This document shows positions 58,072-64,000 of a stretch of 64,000 bases of DNA, one piece after another; position 1 is the stretch's first letter, and every line of letters starts with the position of its first letter. Origin of the DNA: a virus; IMG/VR virus record IMGVR_UViG_3300037042_003932, positions 32,001 through 96,000 of that record. One strand, 5' to 3'. The position numbers and the translations under genes were made by a program. The notes below the pieces were generated by a model, which worked only from the letters and a program-made list of their open reading frames with translations, made no database searches and was not told the origin of the DNA.

Positions 58072-58587
58072 TTACTCCTTCAGGATGCCACAGCGTAACA
58101 GCATAAGCATAGTCCTGCCGTCAAATACGCTTTCGTCAGAATCGCTCCTAATTTTAGTATTTTCTACGCTGATGGTGTACGGCTCAAAATCGTGGTCTTC
58201 CTGTAGGAGTTCCTGCTCCTTTTTGGCCAACGCCTTCCTGTCTTCTTGCGCCTGGGGATGTTCTTCAACGAGAATTTTCATATCAGCGCGAAAAGCATCC
58301 ATATCTGCAATCGTGTACGCTCGTCCTCCTGGTTGTTGAGGGTCCGCGTGCGTCATAGGGTTACCATTCTCATCCTGTTGCGCGTGTCTCTCTGCTACAC
58401 TTTTTCTCGCGACCTCATAAATCGCCATAGCAGGAGACTCATGCAGCAGACTCTGCATGAGCTTAGCGTGTTCCAAAATTCCATGGAGGTTTTTCGCCGC
58501 CATCCACGCTACTTTTAAATTGTTGCTGTTCAGCGAAGGAGTCAATACGGTACGGAGTTCCAGCAGTTCATGGTTTTTCAACTTCAT
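58072..58587 (-). CDS. Hypothetical protein (possible fibre chaperone)
   Basis: 171 aa, helical, GAGG RBS. Located among fibre genes. Confidence 0.5.
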   Translation of the reverse strand: MKLKNHELLELRTVLTPSLNSNNLKVAWMAAKNLHGILEHAKLMQSLLHESPAMAIYEVARKSVAERHAQQDENGNPMTHADPQQPGGRAYTIADMDAFRADMKILVEEHPQAQEDRKALAKKEQELLQEDHDFEPYTISVENTKIRSDSDESVFDGRTMLMLLRCGILKE

Positions 58588-58681
58588 TTTTGGTCCTCTA
58601 TGCGTGTGTGATTTCTAAAGTACCTTATGACTTTTTGGGGGATTACGCAATGGTCGTTAGCTATAACAGGGGAAGCGTTCG

Positions 58682-59701
58682 TTAACCGACGATTATCGGT
58701 GAGGGCTTGTACACAGAAGTAGCTGCGGGAGTATACGTAATGACTAACTTCGGGTCAGAAGCTGTACCTGTGTAATCCACCCATCGGACTCCTACAGCCA
58801 AATCAGCGTCCGCTTTCCATGTGATACCCGTCCCCGAGATATCAGACCCGATACGAACACCTAAAACGCTTATTCCCGTTTTGCTTAGAGCCGCTATGCC
58901 CGTAGCATCAAGGGTAAAAGTCTTATAGCCATTTGAAACTACGTAGTCAGCATACGACTTCGTTACGAAAACCGTAGTCCCAAACGAATTGAAATCAGTC
59001 GTCGCAATATTACCAGGGTCTGCAGGCGTAAAAGCAACTACGTTCAGGCTACCATCCACGGTGTCGTACGTGTTTACGTGATACGTATCGGTCGAGTACA
59101 GATGCAGGATAGCCTCTGTTATCGTAGCACCAGCTCCTAGGGCAGCAGTATCAAAAGAAAAACCAGCACGTCTCACTGCGTAATACTCATCCGTATCAGC
59201 GTGGCATGTGATACGCGACAGAACACCCGCTGTGGTCGTATTGGACTTAGACGTTCCGCTACCTGTGCGTATGCTGGACAACGTAGTCCCTACAGTAACC
59301 ACCCGAGCAGCATAACCGTCACAAGTAGTTCCACCTTCACCGTCAGCAGGAGCGACCGTGAGTTCAGCCAATCCAAAAGAATGCTGTGGCAGCAAGCGAT
59401 CTACTACGAGCCAGTCTAAGAAATGCAAAAACCACCAATAAAAGAACAACGAATAGTAGATACGTTTTGCGTACTTCGAGTGACTTCTAAAATCAGCCCG
59501 GTACACGTTGTCGCCCAGGGTTACTACGTAATGTTTGGGAGTTATCTCAACGAGGTGCTCAGGAGCGTCAATCCTGAGAGCGTGCCTGGAAATCTTTCGT
59601 TTAAGCCACGAGCCATTCAACCAGGATAACAAAGTGCCCTGGTGTTTTTGAAACCAATCGTCGTTAAATACCTTCCAAGGGCCACTATGCAATTGTGCCA
59701 T
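58682..59701 (-). CDS. Protein with C-terminal DNRLRE/CBM96-like domain
   Basis: FDTAALGAGATITEAILHLY...DPKLVITY. Aromatic hydrophobic N-terminal stretch. ATG at 59701 after GAGG. Confidence 0.55.
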   Translation of the reverse strand: MAQLHSGPWKVFNDDWFQKHQGTLLSWLNGSWLKRKISRHALRIDAPEHLVEITPKHYVVTLGDNVYRADFRSHSKYAKRIYYSLFFYWWFLHFLDWLVVDRLLPQHSFGLAELTVAPADGEGGTTCDGYAARVVTVGTTLSSIRTGSGTSKSNTTTAGVLSRITCHADTDEYYAVRRAGFSFDTAALGAGATITEAILHLYSTDTYHVNTYDTVDGSLNVVAFTPADPGNIATTDFNSFGTTVFVTKSYADYVVSNGYKTFTLDATGIAALSKTGISVLGVRIGSDISGTGITWKADADLAVGVRWVDYTGTASDPKLVITYTPAATSVYKPSPIIVG

Positions 59702-59900
59702 TACGGACATCCTCAACAATCTGGTCTACTTTTTCTTTTGAATCTATCCCTGTGAAAGCATACTGAATACTACCGTGTGGTACCAGTCCCTTGGTATCAG
59801 ACTGTTTGATGACGCCTCGGGTAAAAACCTGAATGAAAAGCATGTCATCGTGCCAATGGTACCAACGTATTTTACGTACTATAGCTATCTCAGGTTTCAT
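59685..59900 (-). CDS. Small hypothetical protein
   Basis: 71 aa. Start overlaps the fibre gene stop. Confidence 0.45.
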   Translation of the reverse strand: MKPEIAIVRKIRWYHWHDDMLFIQVFTRGVIKQSDTKGLVPHGSIQYAFTGIDSKEKVDQIVEDVRNGTIA

Positions 59901-62900
59901 CAGTCAGTCCAACTATTTACGGTGTATTCCAAACGTAGACCCAGAACGTACGCGTCTAACGATGTGGTGTCATGCGCAGTGTCTGTGGGGTCTCTCTGCA
60001 ACTTAAGAACCAGCAGCTTTCCACCAGCAGGAGTCCCACTCGGAGTAACACCTGTACTCCACGTGCCTATCTTAAGATCTTCAGCGGTGTCACCAACAAC
60101 AGTCTCCAACTCTTGAACTGTTCCCATGGTGAGATCAAGAGGGTTTCCGTCCGTTGCACAACCAGCAGATAACGAGAACAAGAAGTTATTAGTGCTGTCT
60201 GTGGCCACATTCATATACGTGATCTTGGCGTTAATAACGCCACCATCGTATGAGTCAGGGAGCAAGAACGACCACCAGGCTATACAAACACCTGCGTGAG
60301 CAAATTTAAGAACGTCAAGAACCTGTTTATTAGTGGTCAGCTCTCGCGTCTCTCGCGTCGCGGGGGTTGTGGTACCAAGAGCTGCTGACGCCGCAGGGAG
60401 AATTATCGACTTCGCTGGGTAAGCAGTTAAACCGGTTCCACCTACAGACACACCCAAAGAAGACCAACTCGTCACACCCGCGTCAGTAGACGTGAATACC
60501 TGCCCACTAACTGTAGGCATCGCTGTCGGCAGGGTGTACGTTGCATTCGCTGTCTGAGTTCCTGCTGTGAACGTTGTGTAATATGCATTGTCCCCAGCAG
60601 AGAACATCTTCAAATAACCAGCAGTGTTGCCAGTTGGAGTAGTTGCATCAAAACCTAAAACAACACCAGCAGGAATACTAACTAAGCCAACGTTAGAAAT
60701 AGTTAAGGCCGTGTTACTGATGCCCGTGTACGTATTCGACGTACCAAACATCATCTCTGTACCGACAGCCGTCCACTTAACGCCGATGCCTGCATTACCA
60801 CCAGCACCCCCATAAGAAGGAGTGCTGAACGTAATCTTCGTAACCGTATCCGCCGATGCGCTCGGACTAGAAATCGTTACCTGACCATTATTGCCGTCCT
60901 GGAAAACAGTTCTTGCTGCTGTGTCTCCACTTACACTCAGAAGGCTCAACGGATTCGTGGTGCCAATACCAAAGTTACCTGCGTGGTACGCTTTTGATGT
61001 ACCAGTAGAATAGATGGTCCAATGATTTGTGGGCTTCGTAAGCGTTGGGATGTACAGCGCATAAAAGTTGGTAACAACACCAACACCCGCGTAGTCATAA
61101 ACTCTGAACGCCGTAGAGGCTGTTACTGCTCCGCTTGTGGTAAGTACATACGTGAAACCAACGCTATCTGTGAGCGTCCCACCACCTGCGTACCGATGCC
61201 GAGACTGGAACGACACAATGTGGTTGTAAGTGATGTCCCCGTTAAGAACTGGAATAGAGTCAAACGACGCATACGCACCCGTATTCAGACTGGTAAACGT
61301 ACTCTCATCCCGGAATGCGTGTGAGAACAAATCTGTTCCGGCTACTGCGCGACAAATAAGCAAAGCCGAGTCATCACCGCTTGGGGCATTCGTTCCAAGG
61401 AACATACGTGGTAAACCAGAAGTAGCCGTCCCTGTTCCCGTATAAGCGTGAGCTGTGCTCAGACCCCAACCTGAACTCGTCTTAGGGCCTAAATCTCCCG
61501 TGCTGGCTGTTACGAGAAGAGGGAAGCTGCTTATGTCTGTAGCTTCAGCAGCCACGGTAATCGTGGTGGGCACCGCATGGGTGTGGAGGGTTGTTGCCCC
61601 GCCACCAGTCAACGCAGTGTGGTTAGCATCCGTAAGATGCTGATAGTTACCCCCTACCGCGTTGAGCCCCGACATGTTGTTGTGCAACGTAATGAGTGGC
61701 GTTCGGAAGTTACTCGCGTTCACCTCACCGTTGTGTACATAATAGATAATACGACTCGTGCTCGTTGAACGACCAAAAACAATCTCACCCAATCGGTCAC
61801 TACCATCAGCGGTTAAGGCGTGTACGCCCTGCACAGACTGCTTAGGTATCAACCCGTAATTCGTACTTAAATACGCAATGTTCCCGGTGTTGACTCCGAA
61901 TAGTCTCTTCCAAACCTTCCAATCGCCTGCCGGGATCGGCGTCGAGCTTCCCTCGTTGGTATACCCCACTAACGTTGTGACAGCGGCCACCTTAGCATCG
62001 CCACCTACAGCCCCCGTCGTTATAGGAAAGATGCCATCGGGCGTTTGGAGATAGCCACAAGTGCTAACGTCTGCTGTACCATCTCCTGCAGCAAAAGGAG
62101 TCCCTGTGCTAGCAGTTGCTGTACGCGTTGTGCCTGTACTGGACATTACCAGCGTACCGACACCTTGAATCACACGATACACGTTTCTATCTATCTGGGG
62201 AGTGCCACTCGCGCCATTTACTGAGCAATAAGTATTTACCGTCCACGTCCCAGCATCAAGCTGGGTGCGACCAAGCGCTGAGTTGTAAAGGTAACACTCA
62301 ATTATTTTTGGGGAAGTCGTTGTTGTCGTAGCTTCAACTACTTGAGGCTGCTCAGCAATAGTACGCGGAATCTTCAACAATGCCTCAACGGCATAAGCGC
62401 TCTGCCCCGGTCCCGTGCTAATAATCGAGGCATCGTCCGCAAAAAAATCAATACCAGCAGACCCAGATACTGTGACGCCAGTCCGCGATATCCAGTTCAT
62501 ACCATTCCAGACCAACTGGTCATCTATAGCTGGAGAAGGGGCACTCACGTCAGACAGATCGTTTATGCGGTACCCCTGGTAAATACGGATGTTCACCCTC
62601 CCCACAGTAGCCGACTTCGTAATGAGTCGTCCGACGCGGATCTCCAGGTTTGGTGAATCAGGAACCCCAACCCTCAACTTACCCGGCACTGCCGCCGATA
62701 GGTAGAGAACATCTCCCGCAGTCGTAGCTACGCCACCTCCAAAGGGAAGCACACTAGCAACGATCACATTGCCCGCTGTCTCCACGTGGACCTGAATATA
62801 CGCCGAGGGCGTGGTAGTGTTGATGAGGGTCGCAACCTGCGCCCGCGTCGGCGTCGTGCCGCCGAGGTCCACAATGATGGCCCCGCCAACCTCGGTATAG

Positions 62901-63526
62901 GTGAGTCCCCCCGAGGTCGTATCAACCACCGTGAAGGTGTACGCATTTCCAGCCGTCCCGCCAACAAGACCGTCCATCACCATTCCCTGCGTGGACAGAT
63001 AGGCGCTACCGATGTGATTCGTGTCTAGACCATTGATGTGCCCACGGACCGTCACGAACCCGTAATCGTTGTTGGAGATGTCCTGCGTAGAGCAGCCCAC
63101 TACGAAAGCCGTAGTAGCTGAATCCGCCTTGGCCAAAGCCACCGTGATGACGTTATTCGTCCCGCCACTATATACACCTGTAGCGTAGACAGCTTGGCCG
63201 TTGTAAATAGTAACGCCCGTGTTGTTGTACACCCGGCGCAGGTCCTCTTGCCCAATCTGGAGCGTGACGTCGCGGCCAATCTCAGCAGAAAGCGTCTTCC
63301 ACGTAGCATCGTAGAAGAGATGACCCTCCGCGTAATCCCCAACAGTTGGAGCTAGAGCAAGCTGAATACTATCGACCGTGGCCTTAAACGCCGTCAGGTC
63401 CGCATAAGCGTTGTTAGCGTTATTTTTTACTTCAACAACACCCGCTGCGTTGTTTATTTTGGGGCCACCCTTGCCAAGTTCAACGAGGGTACCAACGCCA
63501 TCTATGCCATAGTGCTTACTTGACAC
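59900..63526 (-). CDS. Long mosaic tail fibre protein
   Basis: 1208 aa, G/T/S-rich. Fibre modules GNFGIGTTNP, YTLPTAMP...GQVFTSTDAGVTSW, GVSVGGTG. GTG start with GGAGG. Confidence 0.75.
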   Translation of the reverse strand: MSSKHYGIDGVGTLVELGKGGPKINNAAGVVEVKNNANNAYADLTAFKATVDSIQLALAPTVGDYAEGHLFYDATWKTLSAEIGRDVTLQIGQEDLRRVYNNTGVTIYNGQAVYATGVYSGGTNNVITVALAKADSATTAFVVGCSTQDISNNDYGFVTVRGHINGLDTNHIGSAYLSTQGMVMDGLVGGTAGNAYTFTVVDTTSGGLTYTEVGGAIIVDLGGTTPTRAQVATLINTTTPSAYIQVHVETAGNVIVASVLPFGGGVATTAGDVLYLSAAVPGKLRVGVPDSPNLEIRVGRLITKSATVGRVNIRIYQGYRINDLSDVSAPSPAIDDQLVWNGMNWISRTGVTVSGSAGIDFFADDASIISTGPGQSAYAVEALLKIPRTIAEQPQVVEATTTTTSPKIIECYLYNSALGRTQLDAGTWTVNTYCSVNGASGTPQIDRNVYRVIQGVGTLVMSSTGTTRTATASTGTPFAAGDGTADVSTCGYLQTPDGIFPITTGAVGGDAKVAAVTTLVGYTNEGSSTPIPAGDWKVWKRLFGVNTGNIAYLSTNYGLIPKQSVQGVHALTADGSDRLGEIVFGRSTSTSRIIYYVHNGEVNASNFRTPLITLHNNMSGLNAVGGNYQHLTDANHTALTGGGATTLHTHAVPTTITVAAEATDISSFPLLVTASTGDLGPKTSSGWGLSTAHAYTGTGTATSGLPRMFLGTNAPSGDDSALLICRAVAGTDLFSHAFRDESTFTSLNTGAYASFDSIPVLNGDITYNHIVSFQSRHRYAGGGTLTDSVGFTYVLTTSGAVTASTAFRVYDYAGVGVVTNFYALYIPTLTKPTNHWTIYSTGTSKAYHAGNFGIGTTNPLSLLSVSGDTAARTVFQDGNNGQVTISSPSASADTVTKITFSTPSYGGAGGNAGIGVKWTAVGTEMMFGTSNTYTGISNTALTISNVGLVSIPAGVVLGFDATTPTGNTAGYLKMFSAGDNAYYTTFTAGTQTANATYTLPTAMPTVSGQVFTSTDAGVTSWSSLGVSVGGTGLTAYPAKSIILPAASAALGTTTPATRETRELTTNKQVLDVLKFAHAGVCIAWWSFLLPDSYDGGVINAKITYMNVATDSTNNFLFSLSAGCATDGNPLDLTMGTVQELETVVGDTAEDLKIGTWSTGVTPSGTPAGGKLLVLKLQRDPTDTAHDTTSLDAYVLGLRLEYTVNSWTD

Positions 63527-63565
63527 GTTCTACCTCCGAAATACGTTTCGTAGTAAACCAAAGAA

Positions 63566-63594
63566 AGGATAGGCTTACGCCTCAGACCACTCAA
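63566..63594 (-). promoter_or_regulatory. Candidate sigma70-type promoter for the tail fibre operon
   Basis: Minus strand TTGAGT (63594-63589), 17 bp spacer, TATCCT (63571-63566). Confidence 0.45.
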
Positions 63595-64000
63595 CGAAGA
63601 TCGTAGCGGCACCCTGGCTAGAGCTATCCGCCGTATATGTTGCTGTAATCTGAGTCTCAGCAGGCAACATGTAAAAAGTGTCAATACAACACGGACCAAG
63701 CGCTTTCAGGTTGTTCTCTGCAATCGTCATGAACCGATCAGCGTCTCCAGAGTCTCCAACAGTCACAGTAGGAGCTGTTCCGTTAAACGTTTGTGTTACG
63801 TTTACACACACACGGAGAATACGTCCGTAAATTGGGATAACGGCTCCAACGTTCAAAGTTCCAGCTGAACCAAATACCAATGATACTTCTCGAGTCTTCG
63901 TGATCTTGGCAAGAGACGTAGATGTCGATGGACCTAGGTCTACCCACGTAGAGCCATCAGCATCCCACAAGTACGAATGGTCTGCGTCAAACGTGAGTGT
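63575..64000 (-). CDS. Virion structural protein, C-terminal part (start outside window)
   Basis: Frame is open to position 64000. VTQTFNG...VGDSGDADRF beta-sandwich. Confidence 0.6.
   Translation of the reverse strand, partial: TLTFDADHSYLWDADGSTWVDLGPSTSTSLAKITKTREVSLVFGSAGTLNVGAVIPIYGRILRVCVNVTQTFNGTAPTVTVGDSGDADRFMTIAENNLKALGPCCIDTFYMLPAETQITATYTADSSSQGAATIFVEWSEA

Noticed and set aside
1-64000. Alternative genetic code, tRNA genes, integrase/att sites
   Set aside because: The standard code gives near-complete coding density with all three stop codons used. The intergenic gaps are short and show no cloverleaf. No recombinase ORF was seen.

Overview
A 64-kb, nearly gap-free segment of a large tailed dsDNA bacteriophage, probably a jumbo myovirus, at roughly 50% GC by eye. 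The + strand carries replication, recombination and metabolism genes: SNF2 helicase, two Cas4/RecB-like nucleases, amidase, ParB, putative SSB, primase-helicase, family A DNA polymerase with a UDG-like N-terminus, MoxR AAA+ ATPase, peptidase-vWA protein, RuvC and class II RNR. The - strand carries packaging and virion genes (portal, terminase, baseplate, SLT hub, M14-peptidase/Kelch protein, tail fibres) and two sigma factors. In the left half these - strand genes are interleaved among the + strand genes. The most unusual element is a tightly coupled + strand operon at 22827-27675: HEXXH-peptidase/vWA, a Cys-rich ORF, a retron-like reverse transcriptase with a Cys/His insertion, and a second Cys-rich ORF. 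Its likely MoxR partner lies about 1.8 kb upstream, and there is no intergenic room for a retron ncRNA. Also notable are an RpoD-like sigma with zinc ribbons in place of its non-conserved region, and sigma70-type promoters for late genes hidden inside the 5' ends of divergent genes. A 14-nt motif is shared upstream of portal and terminase. I saw no tRNA, rRNA, CRISPR array, integrase or transposase. All product calls come from motif recognition by eye, not from database searches.
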